Positions 55,336 to 63,758 of a DNA stretch of 63,758 nt are shown here, one piece after another. The position numbers were made by a program, and so were the translations under genes. How positions within the stretch are numbered: position 1 is the first letter of the stretch; every line of letters starts with the position of its first letter. The DNA is from Bacilli bacterium (GTDB lineage Bacteria > Bacillota_I > Bacilli_A > ML615J-28 > CAG-698): NCBI GenBank assembly GCA_035377365.1, contig DAOSSK010000001.1, positions 5,599 to 69,356 on the forward strand. Reading direction: 5' to 3'. Below the pieces are notes generated by a model, which worked only from the letters and a program-made list of their open reading frames with translations, did not search any database and was not told the DNA's origin.

Positions 55336-56282
55336 AATTTGCTGATCTCCTTCAAATAATCATCAACAGTTATTAAATTTTGATCTTTTAAATACATTAA
55401 TCTTAAAGTAATTTGGTTTTTTGTTTCATGATTTAATTGAGTGTAATCTGTAGAGAAACCTTCTTTTTCTAAATATTCTTTAATATTAAAATTTGAAAAT
55501 TCTGCTTCTACATCTCTCTCATAGCGTTTATATACTGGCTCAGTAACTTCTTCAACTGTAACATCTTCTGGTTTAATTTCAAAAATAGGCTTTTCAATTT
55601 CTTTTGAAAGAAAGTTATCAAATTCATCGCTCTTAACAAATTTTTCAAAATCGAAATCCGATTCATCTTTCTTTTGGAAAACTCCTTTTTTCTTGCGATA
55701 AAAATAAATAATAACAATTAAACTAACAATAGCTAAAGCAATAAAGAAACTTACAATTAACGCTGGTAAATTGATTTTAAAAGGTTTAAACCAATAAGCA
55801 GTCTCAAGATCTGTCATAGATACGCCATTTCCTAAACCACTAGTAGCTAATGAACTAATTTCTTCTTCTGTCTTTAAACCAAAACTTAACTCAAAAGGTA
55901 AATGTTGTTCATGTGATTTTTTATCACGAATTAAAATTGTATAACTTGAACCTTTTTCAACTTGAAACCCTAAAACATAAACATCTCCTCTATCTGTCTC
56001 AGGGAATAATTGTCTTAAACCAGTTTGTTCGTTTACTAAAGTAATATAGTAAGCCCTACTTACATCATTAAAAAAGAAAACACCATAAGTTATCTTATCA
56101 TCAACTAAACCCTCAACTACAATTAAGCTATAATAACTATTTTCATAATCTACTATATATGAATAAGAATCATATCCCTTATTCACATCAGCTTGATATT
56201 CAGCTTTAGCTGTAACTACCGGAGTAGTTAAACTTAGAAAAAAAGCCAATATTAAATTAAATATTATTTTCACTTTTATCAC
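55323..56282 (-). CDS. Bitopic membrane protein: signal peptide, beta-rich ectodomain, TM helix, acidic cytoplasmic tail ending in a SHOCT-like motif
   Basis: 319 aa with a non-ATG start (GTG 56282 or GTG 56273, downstream of GAAGGTGA). The TM helix is LPALIVSFFIALAIVSLIVIIYFY, and the C-terminus LKDQNLITVDDYLKEISKL is SHOCT-like. It overlaps both prmC and tsaC. Confidence 0.5.
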   Translation of the reverse strand: MIKVKIIFNLILAFFLSLTTPVVTAKAEYQADVNKGYDSYSYIVDYENSYYSLIVVEGLVDDKITYGVFFFNDVSRAYYITLVNEQTGLRQLFPETDRGDVYVLGFQVEKGSSYTILIRDKKSHEQHLPFELSFGLKTEEEISSLATSGLGNGVSMTDLETAYWFKPFKINLPALIVSFFIALAIVSLIVIIYFYRKKKGVFQKKDESDFDFEKFVKSDEFDNFLSKEIEKPIFEIKPEDVTVEEVTEPVYKRYERDVEAEFSNFNIKEYLEKEGFSTDYTQLNHETKNQITLRLMYLKDQNLITVDDYLKEISKLWKS

Positions 56283-57087
56283 CTTCTATCATAACTACTC
56301 TAGGAATTAAGTTTAAATCTAAATAAACTTTAGTTTTAGCTCCTAAATACTTTCTAACATATTCTGTTACTTTAGTTTCTTGATTTATTCCTATTTCAAA
56401 AAAAACTAAATACTTATCATTTAGATATCTATTAATTTCTTTCAAAATTGTTTTGTAATAATAAAGACCATCCTCTTCAGCTATTAAAGCACCTTTTGGT
56501 TCTTTCAAAACATATTCACTTAATAAATCCTCTTTTCTAATATAAGGAGGATTAGAAATAATAATATCATATTTATTATTCACATTACTAAACAAATCGC
56601 TTTGGATAAAGTTGATATCTACTTTATGATATTTTGCATTTTTCTTAGCTAATTCTAAAGCACTATCACTTATATCTACTGCCTCAATTATAGCCTTAGG
56701 TAATAATTTTTTCAAGGTAATTGCAAGATTCCCTGAACCAGTACCAATATCTAAAATTCGGTATTCTTGCCCTTTATCTAAATGCTCTAAAACAGCTTCA
56801 ATTAAAATCTCACTGTCAAAACGAGGAATTAAAACAGCAGGACTTACAAAAAATTTGTATCCATAAAAGTAAGTAAACCCTAATAAATACTGAACGGGCA
56901 TACCTTGTAAGTATTCACTAATTAGGGTTTCTGTTTTTTTTAGATGCAAAACTTGATTATTGTAATTAAGAATTAAGTCTTGTTTAGAAAGTCCGTTAAC
57001 TTCTAAAACAATTAATTCAATTGCTGTTCGTTCTTGATCTTTATTTAATTGATTTGTATATTTTTTAAATAATTCTTGATAAGTCAT
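56257..57087 (-). CDS. prmC: Peptide chain release factor N5-glutamine methyltransferase
   Basis: SAM motif LDIGTGSGN and catalytic NPPY. It lies directly after prfA (TAATG overlap). Confidence 0.9.
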   Translation of the reverse strand: MTYQELFKKYTNQLNKDQERTAIELIVLEVNGLSKQDLILNYNNQVLHLKKTETLISEYLQGMPVQYLLGFTYFYGYKFFVSPAVLIPRFDSEILIEAVLEHLDKGQEYRILDIGTGSGNLAITLKKLLPKAIIEAVDISDSALELAKKNAKYHKVDINFIQSDLFSNVNNKYDIIISNPPYIRKEDLLSEYVLKEPKGALIAEEDGLYYYKTILKEINRYLNDKYLVFFEIGINQETKVTEYVRKYLGAKTKVYLDLNLIPRVVMIEGDKSENNI

Positions 57088-58154
57088 TATATTTCTTTTT
57101 TTGATAATTGGGCTCTTTGATTTTCCATAATTAAAGCCTCAATAATCGGATCTAATTTTCCATTCATTACACGATCTAATTGTTGGATGGTGAAGTTAAT
57201 TCTATGATCAGTTACTCTATTTTGGGGATAGTTATAAGTCCTAATTTTCTCAGAACGATCACCAGTACCAACTTTCGCTAATCTTTCCTTTCCAACTTGT
57301 TGTTCTTGTTCTTGAAGAGCATGTTCATATAATCTTGCAGCTAAAAGTTTAAAAGCTGTAGCTTTATTTTCATGTTGGCTTCTACCATCTTGACATTGAA
57401 CAACAATTCCTGATGGTATATGTGTCAAACGAATAGCTGATTCTGTTTTATTTACATGTTGTCCGCCGGCTCCACCTGAACGATAAGTATCAATTCTAAC
57501 ATCATTTACATCTAAGTTAACTTCAACTTCATCAACTTCAGGCATAACTAAAACAGTCGCAGTTGATGTATGAATTCTTCCGCTTGCTTCTGTTTCTGGA
57601 ACTCTTTGAACACGATGGGCACCAGATTCATATTTTAGAAATGAATAAACACTATCTCCAGTAATTATAAATTCAATTTTAGAAAATCCACCTACATCTG
57701 AAGGTTCAGAGTTAATAACTTCAATTGTCCAACCCTTTTCCTCTGCATATTTAGAATACATTCTAAATAAATCACCAGCAAAAATATTAGCTTCATCTCC
57801 ACCTGCAGCTCCTCTAATCTCACAAATGATGTTTTTATCATCTTGAGGATCACGAGGAATAAGCATTAATTTTAACTCTTCTTCCAATTTTAAGATTTCT
57901 TCTTTAACACCTTCAATCTCTAACTTAGCAAGTTCTGCTATTTCAAGATCATGGCCAGTAATTAAACTTTCTAAAGATTTTTCTTCTTCTAGTAAAGATT
58001 TATAACTTCTTGATTTAGTTACAATAGGTTCTAATCTTTTTTGTTCTTTACTTAATTCTTTTACCTTTTTAAGATCCATTGCGATTTCTGGTTGCATTAA
58101 TAAATTGCATATCTCTTCGTAACGGTCTTCAATAATTTGCAACCTCTCAAGCAT
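57087..58154 (-). CDS. prfA: Peptide chain release factor 1
   Basis: 355 aa with the GGQ motif (SGGAGGQHVNKT) and RF1-type layout. There is no internal frameshift site. Confidence 0.97.
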   Translation of the reverse strand: MLERLQIIEDRYEEICNLLMQPEIAMDLKKVKELSKEQKRLEPIVTKSRSYKSLLEEEKSLESLITGHDLEIAELAKLEIEGVKEEILKLEEELKLMLIPRDPQDDKNIICEIRGAAGGDEANIFAGDLFRMYSKYAEEKGWTIEVINSEPSDVGGFSKIEFIITGDSVYSFLKYESGAHRVQRVPETEASGRIHTSTATVLVMPEVDEVEVNLDVNDVRIDTYRSGGAGGQHVNKTESAIRLTHIPSGIVVQCQDGRSQHENKATAFKLLAARLYEHALQEQEQQVGKERLAKVGTGDRSEKIRTYNYPQNRVTDHRINFTIQQLDRVMNGKLDPIIEALIMENQRAQLSKKEI

Positions 58155-59482
58155 TATCTTTGTTCCTTCTCTTGTGTGAATTTTAAGATATGTTTGAAGA
58201 ATGTAATATCCATAATACCAGTTCTACCATGTCTATTCTTTTCAACTTTTAATTTTAAGTTAGCAGTCTTTTGATTTCTTTCTTCATCTTCTTTATTACT
58301 ATAAATAAACATAACAACGTCAGCATCTTGCTCGATACTACCTGATTCTCTTAATTGAGCTAGGTTTGGCTCTCCATCAGGCTTAGCTGCTGTTCTATTT
58401 AATTGCGATAAAGCGATAATGGGAATATCAAGTTCCATAGCAAGTACTTTTAAAGATCTTGAAATAGCACCAACAATTTCCGCTCTTGTTGAAGAACGTC
58501 GAGGACTATCTAAATCTATTAATTGTAAATAGTCAACAACAATCATATCTAATTTACCATTTCTTTTTAAACTACGGCATTGAGCCATAATATCAAAAAT
58601 ATTAGCACTATTGCTATCATCTAAATATAAATTAAATTTATCAATTGTTTGTGATTTAGCTGTTAGAATACTAGAAATCTCTGTAGCTGATAATTGACCT
58701 TTGTTAATTTTATCATGATCAACTGCTGATTCAGTACTAATCAATCTCTTTACAATTTGTTCTTTACCCATTTCAAGGGAAATAAAAGCTACATATTTTC
58801 CTTGTTTACATGCTGCTGAAGCAAAGTTTAAAGCTAATGCAGTTTTACCAACGCCTGGACGAGCAGCTAAAATGATTAATTCTTGTTTTTTGAAACCAGA
58901 TAAAATATTATTTAATTCTTTAAATCCTGTATCAATACCAATCAAATCATTTTTGTTTTGCATTCTTTTGTTTATCTCATCAATAACTCCAGGAGTAATA
59001 GAATCTACTTTTGTAAGTTGATTAACTGATCTTTTGTTTAGAACGTTCTTAACTAATCTTTCTGTATTATTTAAAATATCATCTGTTTGAAAACGACCTG
59101 ATAAAATATCATTTGAAAGATTTGATAGTGTATGATAAAGCTCTCTTTGCAATGCTTTTTCTTTAATGTTAGCTGCATAAGTATCCCAACGAACATATGT
59201 TGGTAGGATATCAATCAGATAACCAATATACTCAATTCCCCCAGATGCTTCAAATTTCTTTTCCCTTTTTAACTCTTCAATTACATTTGTGTAGTTAATC
59301 TCTTGGTGGTTTTGATATAATTTTTCCATTGCTTCCATAATATTCTTATGACGTTGGTCATAGAAATGTTCTGAATGAACACTATTTACAATAGCTGAAG
59401 CTTCTTGAGGATTAATTAAAGCCGAAGCTAAAATATATTGTTCTGATTCGATACTATATGGTAATTGTCTTAGTTCTTCCAT
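58154..59482 (-). CDS. dnaB: Replicative DNA helicase (DnaB family; DnaC in Bacillus nomenclature)
   Basis: 442 aa starting LPYSIESEQYILASAL, with Walker A ARPGVGKT and Walker B MIVVDYLQL. It lies downstream of rplI, as in Bacillus. Confidence 0.95.
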   Translation of the reverse strand: MEELRQLPYSIESEQYILASALINPQEASAIVNSVHSEHFYDQRHKNIMEAMEKLYQNHQEINYTNVIEELKREKKFEASGGIEYIGYLIDILPTYVRWDTYAANIKEKALQRELYHTLSNLSNDILSGRFQTDDILNNTERLVKNVLNKRSVNQLTKVDSITPGVIDEINKRMQNKNDLIGIDTGFKELNNILSGFKKQELIILAARPGVGKTALALNFASAACKQGKYVAFISLEMGKEQIVKRLISTESAVDHDKINKGQLSATEISSILTAKSQTIDKFNLYLDDSNSANIFDIMAQCRSLKRNGKLDMIVVDYLQLIDLDSPRRSSTRAEIVGAISRSLKVLAMELDIPIIALSQLNRTAAKPDGEPNLAQLRESGSIEQDADVVMFIYSNKEDEERNQKTANLKLKVEKNRHGRTGIMDITFFKHILKFTQEKEQR

Positions 59483-59484
59483 AA

Positions 59485-59928
59485 TTATTCCTTTCCAACA
59501 ACATAAATTGTTAATCTAGCTTTAATATCAGGATGAAGATCAACCAAAACTACAAATGTACCTAAAGCTTGAATTTCATCTTTAATAATCTTTTTACGAT
59601 CTAAAGTAATATCATATTGTGCCTTATATTCGTCTACTATCATTTTACTACTTACTGAGCCGAAAATTTTTCCTTCTTTTCCTACTTTAACGCCAATTGT
59701 AACTGGGTTTGCTTCAATTTTGTCACGTAGATCTTTCATTTCATTTTCTTTACTTAAAGCTAAACGTTTCTCTTTTTCTTTTTCTTTTTCTAATTCTTTG
59801 ATATTATCAACTGATGCAATAATGGCTTGTCCACTTCGAATTAAGAAGTTACCATATCCACTCTTTACATCGATAATATCGCCTTTTTTACCTTTTCCTT
59901 TAACTTCAGTTGTAAGTATAATTCGCAT
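59485..59928 (-). CDS. rplI: 50S ribosomal protein L9 (predicted internal initiation within the gdpP frame)
   Basis: 147 aa, MRIILTTEVKGKGKKGDIIDVKSGYGNFLI..., full-length L9. A GGAGGAG SD lies 6 nt upstream of the ATG at 59928. Confidence 0.85.
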   Translation of the reverse strand: MRIILTTEVKGKGKKGDIIDVKSGYGNFLIRSGQAIIASVDNIKELEKEKEKEKRLALSKENEMKDLRDKIEANPVTIGVKVGKEGKIFGSVSSKMIVDEYKAQYDITLDRKKIIKDEIQALGTFVVLVDLHPDIKARLTIYVVGKE

Positions 59929-61923
59929 TGAATCTCCTCCTCTCTCTTCTGAAATATCAATTTCTTTTATAAGCATATCTTTTGCTTCTTCTAAATCTAC
60001 AGCTCTTAGTTGAGTTGCGGCATTGTTATAATGACCACCACCACCTAAAGCTTCCATAATTAATTGAACGTTAGTTTCGTCTAAACTACGAGCACTAATA
60101 CCAATTTCATTTTCTGATATTATGCCAACACAAAACGAAGCTTTAATGCCTTTGATTTCTAAAACATCATCAGCTACTTTAGCTAAAAACTGTCTTGGAT
60201 TGACTCCTTCTGTAACAGTAGCAATTCCATATTTTTCTTTATAAATTATAAGATTAGATAAAACATCAATTCTCTTTTCATATTTATCATAATCTTCACG
60301 TAAATACTTTTTCGCTAGTTGTAATTCTCCACCATAAGTTTGTAATCTAGATAAAACATTAAATGTTCTGTAACTTGCACGATACATTAAATCATTTGTA
60401 TCTACTAAAATTCCCATAATCATCCATGTAGCTTCAGCACTACTTACAATAGGATCTTTATCTAAAAACTCATACATCTCTACAAGCAACTCTACACTTG
60501 AAGACGCAGATGAAGTTTGATAAATATAATCGTATTTATCTACCAAAAACTTACCAGGACGATGATGATCTATAACAGCTACATGTTTAGCTTTTTTATA
60601 AAGTTTTGGTTCCATTAAAATCTTTTGATTTTGAACGTCAACAATTATTAATAAATCGCTGTTTTTTATTTCTCTAATTGCCTTTTTAGTTCCTATTAAA
60701 TAATCTAAAGTCGCAGTATGTTCTCTTTGAATAATAGAATATAAATATTGAATGGTTTGATCTACTCTATCTAAATCAAAAACAATCTTAGCTTCTTTAT
60801 TATAAGCAGCAGCTATTTTTTGAACAGCAATTGCCGCTCCAAAAGCATCAGCATCAGCGTCTATATGTGTCATAACATAAATTTTTTGAGCTTTATTAAT
60901 TAATGAAACTAACTCTTCAGCTTTAGTTCTTACATAAACAGGAGATCTACTTTCAAATGAAGCAGTCTTTCCGCCAAAGTAAGACGTCTCTCCATATTTA
61001 TTTAAAACACATTGGTTTCCACCGCGATTTAATGCTAAGTTTAATTGAGCTTCAGCTAATGCAAATAACTCAACATAACCTAAATCAGCATTATCAGCAA
61101 CAGCAATTCCAATTGATGCACTTGATCTAATATCTTCTTTTAAACAATATGACTTAACATCATCAATTACCTTAAATTCATCTTTCACAACTTCTGCTAA
61201 TTGCTTTTCGTTTAATAAAATTAAATATTGATTGTCTGTATATCCTTTTAAGTAGATATCAAACTTACTGCACCAATCACTTAAGATACCAATAATATTA
61301 CTCATTTGCGAAGATCTCTCTTGAGCATCAAAGCCAGATAAAGCTTCACTTAAATTATCTAAGTTGATAATACCAGCAGCTAGTGTATGGTCTGCATATT
61401 TTTGTGTCAAATTATGGAATTCAGTTACGTCAGTTAAATAAACAATATTTTCTTCCATCAAAACTTCACATTCAAAAATTGAACCATAAAGTGATATTTC
61501 AAACTTATCTTCATTTGATAAATTGTAATATAAATCAGCACTAATGTTTTCAATTCTAACATCAACTAAAGGACTTAAAAAGATTTCCTTAGCATAAGCA
61601 TTGGCCCACTGAATTGTTTTATTTTTATCATAAACAATAATAGCAATAGGTAGTTTATTAAAGGCAGTTTCTCCACCTTTTTTAACACGGTAAGAAATTG
61701 AGTTCCATAACTCATACCTTTGTTCTAACCATTGCATTTTCCTAAACTTCTTATTCCCAACATTCAAAACAAAAACTGTCGTAAATGATGCTGCTACTAT
61801 CACCAAAGCAGCATAAGTTAGCCATTCGTTTATTTCCCCAAAAACAGCTGTGAAAACTAAAACGAAACATGAAGCTAAGAAAAGCACTAATGATATTATT
61901 CTATAAACTAATGTATTCCTCAT
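59485..61923 (-). CDS. gdpP: Uninterrupted 812-codon ORF: GdpP-type c-di-AMP phosphodiesterase (aa 1-665) in frame with complete ribosomal protein L9 (aa 666-812)
   Basis: Two N-terminal TM helices, a PAS/degenerate-GGDEF-sized linker, DHH motifs (THIDADADAFG, IDHHRPG) and DHHA1 GGGGH. The frame then reads ...ISEERGGDS-MRIILTTEVKGKGKKGD... with no stop; I checked this by manual translation of 59926-60000. Confidence 0.8.
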   Translation of the reverse strand: MRNTLVYRIISLVLFLASCFVLVFTAVFGEINEWLTYAALVIVAASFTTVFVLNVGNKKFRKMQWLEQRYELWNSISYRVKKGGETAFNKLPIAIIVYDKNKTIQWANAYAKEIFLSPLVDVRIENISADLYYNLSNEDKFEISLYGSIFECEVLMEENIVYLTDVTEFHNLTQKYADHTLAAGIINLDNLSEALSGFDAQERSSQMSNIIGILSDWCSKFDIYLKGYTDNQYLILLNEKQLAEVVKDEFKVIDDVKSYCLKEDIRSSASIGIAVADNADLGYVELFALAEAQLNLALNRGGNQCVLNKYGETSYFGGKTASFESRSPVYVRTKAEELVSLINKAQKIYVMTHIDADADAFGAAIAVQKIAAAYNKEAKIVFDLDRVDQTIQYLYSIIQREHTATLDYLIGTKKAIREIKNSDLLIIVDVQNQKILMEPKLYKKAKHVAVIDHHRPGKFLVDKYDYIYQTSSASSSVELLVEMYEFLDKDPIVSSAEATWMIMGILVDTNDLMYRASYRTFNVLSRLQTYGGELQLAKKYLREDYDKYEKRIDVLSNLIIYKEKYGIATVTEGVNPRQFLAKVADDVLEIKGIKASFCVGIISENEIGISARSLDETNVQLIMEALGGGGHYNNAATQLRAVDLEEAKDMLIKEIDISEERGGDSMRIILTTEVKGKGKKGDIIDVKSGYGNFLIRSGQAIIASVDNIKELEKEKEKEKRLALSKENEMKDLRDKIEANPVTIGVKVGKEGKIFGSVSSKMIVDEYKAQYDITLDRKKIIKDEIQALGTFVVLVDLHPDIKARLTIYVVGKE

Positions 61924-61995
61924 AAAATCACCATCTTAACTATTTTAGTATACCATATTTATAGGAAAAAATAAACTCTTTATCATAAAAACAAA

Positions 61996-62021
61996 GAAAA
62001 AAGAGTAGCATAAACTACTCT
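61996..62021 (-). terminator. Intrinsic terminator/attenuator after rpsR
   Basis: AGAGUAG / CUACUCU forms a 7-bp stem with a 6-nt loop, followed by a U-run. It overlaps the rpsR stop (TAG). Confidence 0.6.
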
Positions 62022-62236
62022 TTCACAAATGGTAACAATGCCATATGACGTGCTCTTTTTATTGCAACAGCTAATTGTCTTTGATAGATAGCTTTTGTAC
62101 CTGTTGATCTTCTTGGTTTAATTTTACCGCGATCAGTAACGAATCTTCTTAATAATTCGTAATCAGTCCAATCAATCTTTTCAATTTTATTATCTGTAAA
62201 GTAGCAACTTTTTCTTCTTCTTGGTCTAAATGCCAT
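62015..62236 (-). CDS. rpsR: 30S ribosomal protein S18
   Basis: 73 aa with the CYFT...[19 protein letters not shown]...TGT.A..QR pattern. Confidence 0.95.
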   Translation of the reverse strand: MAFRPRRRKSCYFTDNKIEKIDWTDYELLRRFVTDRGKIKPRRSTGTKAIYQRQLAVAIKRARHMALLPFVKE

Positions 62237-62250
62237 TTACTAAAACCTCC

Positions 62251-62712
62251 TTAAAATGGTATATCATCGTCAGTGATACCTAAGCCAGCTTGCATTTCCT
62301 TAAAAGGGTCTTCTTGCTTGCGAGGTTCTGGTTCTTGGTTAAACTCAAAAGGTGAATCTTGACTAAATGATTGATATCCTTGCGAACTACCAGCAGATTT
62401 TGATTCTAAAAATTCAATTGCATTTGCTAGTATTTCTGTAATATAAACCATTTTATTATCTTGATCTTGATAACTTCTTGTTCTAACCTCTCCGTCTACT
62501 CCAATTAAACTACCCTTACGCATATAACGAGCTAGGTTCTCTGCTTGTGCGCGCCATGCAACACAGTTGATAAAATCAGCTTCACGGTTGCCTTGACGGC
62601 TCACATAACTGCGGTTAACAGCAATTGTGAAAAAACAATAACTGATTCCGCTATTTGTTTTTTTAAGTTCTGGATCTTTTGTAAGTCTTCCTGTTAATAC
62701 AACTTTATTCAT
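62251..62712 (-). CDS. ssb: Single-stranded DNA-binding protein
   Basis: OB-fold start MNKVVLTGRLTKDPEL and the acidic C-terminal tip DDDIPF. It lies between rpsF and rpsR. Confidence 0.95.
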   Translation of the reverse strand: MNKVVLTGRLTKDPELKKTNSGISYCFFTIAVNRSYVSRQGNREADFINCVAWRAQAENLARYMRKGSLIGVDGEVRTRSYQDQDNKMVYITEILANAIEFLESKSAGSSQGYQSFSQDSPFEFNQEPEPRKQEDPFKEMQAGLGITDDDIPF

Positions 62713-62714
62713 AA

Positions 62715-62996
62715 TTAATCCCTCACTAAAATGTGTCTAATAATATCTTCTCTGATATTACAAATACGGTTATACTCGCTAACCGCTTCTGGAGTAGCTT
62801 CTGCTCTGAACTTTACATAATAACCTTTTTTAAGATCATTAATTTCATAAGCTAAATCCTTCATACCCCATTCATCAATTTCCAAAACACGACTTCCATG
62901 TTCTTCAAAGATTTTAGCAATCTCGCTAACAATTGCTTTGAATTCTTCTTCAGTGTGTTCAGGATGAATGATGTACATACCAGTGTATTCTCTCAT
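62715..62996 (-). CDS. rpsF: 30S ribosomal protein S6
   Basis: 93 aa, MREYTGMYIIHPE..., first gene of the canonical rpsF-ssb-rpsR operon. A GGAGGTGG SD is present. Confidence 0.95.
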   Translation of the reverse strand: MREYTGMYIIHPEHTEEEFKAIVSEIAKIFEEHGSRVLEIDEWGMKDLAYEINDLKKGYYVKFRAEATPEAVSEYNRICNIREDIIRHILVRD

Positions 62997-63066
62997 TCTT
63001 CCACCTCCTTCTGGTCTTTTGGCTTTTATTTCTATAAAAGCAAGGACGAATTTTCATTCTTTGTTT

Positions 63067-63095
63067 ATTATATACTATTAAGTCTTTTTTGTCAA
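63067..63095 (-). promoter_or_regulatory. Consensus sigma-A promoter (TTGACA-17-TATAAT) of the rpsF operon
   Basis: The -35 is at 63095-63090 and the -10 at 63072-63067, with a 17-nt spacer. This leaves a leader of about 60 nt containing a hairpin at 63022-63041. Confidence 0.65.
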
Positions 63096-63127
63096 TTATT
63101 TCATTTAAAAATAACTAGTTTTTACAC

Positions 63128-63160
63128 CAAAATAAAGAGTTAACTAAAATAGTTAACTCT
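63128..63160 (-). terminator. Intrinsic terminator after the upstream membrane ATPase gene
   Basis: AGAGTTAACT / AGTTAACTCT forms a 10-bp stem with a 5-nt loop, followed by a U-rich tract on the minus strand. Confidence 0.75.
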
Positions 63161-63162
63161 AA

Positions 63163-63758
63163 TTATATACTATCTCTTTCTCCTGTTTCTTGCTTTGGTA
63201 TAATTCTAATTTTCTTAAGCAACCAATAAATAAAGTCCAAAACTAAATAAATACCAAATCCAAAAACTAAAACTAATAAATAACCAACTAAATCTAGTTT
63301 TACATATCCTAACTTTAATGGCTCATTTAAGAACAATATCGATAATACTGCTCCCGCAGCCGAAACAATAAAAACTAAAAACCTATAAAGGTTAAGAGGT
63401 CTAGATGTAAAATATAGTACATAAAACATAATAACCGTAGTTACATATAAAGTGATTGTTGAATAGCCATCATTAGTTGATAGAATTGCAAAACCATCAA
63501 TTTTTGTTAAGAAATAAATAATTGCATGAGCAAGTAAAACAGTAAAAGCTCCAGGCAAGACATTTCTCAAAACATTACTAATAAATCTTCCTTTAATCTT
63601 TTCGGTATTAGGCTGTAAAGCGAGAAGTGTAGCTGCCAAAGCTAAGACAAACCATTCAAACGGAAATAACTGATTTGGACTAAATGGATATGCCCTTCTA
63701 ACTGCTAAATAAAATATCGTTAATAAAATAGAAAATAATGTTTTTGTTAAAAACAATA
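63163..63758 (-). CDS. C-terminal fragment of a cation-translocating P-type ATPase (the gene continues beyond the window end)
   Basis: The frame is open to the window edge. It is multi-TM, with the YPFSPNQLFPFEW...LALQPN pattern that I associate with the C-terminal membrane domain of bacterial P-type ATPases. No catalytic domain is visible in the window. Confidence 0.5.
   Translation of the reverse strand, partial: LFLTKTLFSILLTIFYLAVRRAYPFSPNQLFPFEWFVLALAATLLALQPNTEKIKGRFISNVLRNVLPGAFTVLLAHAIIYFLTKIDGFAILSTNDGYSTITLYVTTVIMFYVLYFTSRPLNLYRFLVFIVSAAGAVLSILFLNEPLKLGYVKLDLVGYLLVLVFGFGIYLVLDFIYWLLKKIRIIPKQETGERDSI

Noticed and set aside
57087-58154. A check for programmed +1 frameshifting in the release factor gene.
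   Set aside because: The gene is RF1 (prfA), a single uninterrupted frame. The autoregulatory frameshift is a feature of prfB, which is not in this window.

Overview
AT-rich, very gene-dense chromosomal segment with about 60 protein genes, roughly 90% on the minus strand. It comes from a low-GC Firmicutes/Mollicutes-related bacterium that uses TGA as a stop codon (seen at several tightly supported gene junctions). Most of the content is core information-processing genes in Bacillus-like synteny: tsf-rpsB; dut-xerC-trmFO; thrS (T-box)-dnaI-DnaB-type initiator-coaE-mutM-polA; miaB; ymdB-rny-recA-pgsA; rpsT/holA-comEC-comEA; recD2-mnmA-uvrB; yhaM-cca; and upp-tsaC-prmC-prfA-replicative helicase-rplI-gdpP-rpsR-ssb-rpsF. 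Three riboswitch-class leaders are readable directly from the sequence: a Thr T-box before thrS, an FMN riboswitch before ribU, and a ydaO/c-di-AMP riboswitch before a CPA2 antiporter. Many near-consensus sigma-A promoters and intrinsic terminators are also visible. I see no rRNA, tRNA, CRISPR array, transposase, prophage or clear multi-gene defence island. The most notable observations are: (1) gdpP (c-di-AMP phosphodiesterase) and rplI (L9) form one uninterrupted 812-codon frame that still contains the L9 SD+ATG; (2) a c-di-AMP riboswitch drives a CPA2 antiporter plus a small P-II-like protein, while ktrBA has no riboswitch; (3) ribosomal protein S2 carries long Lys/Glu-rich extensions at both ends, including a 51-nt tandem repeat; (4) a 3-gene accessory islet (CPBP protease, TPR protein, AlbA_2/Schlafen-like HTH protein) sits between thrS and trmFO and has an 11-nt phased triple repeat in its promoter; (5) the CCA-nucleotidyltransferase homologue has substitutions in catalytic and templating motifs. 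All protein calls rest on motif and family recognition by eye plus synteny. No database search was run.
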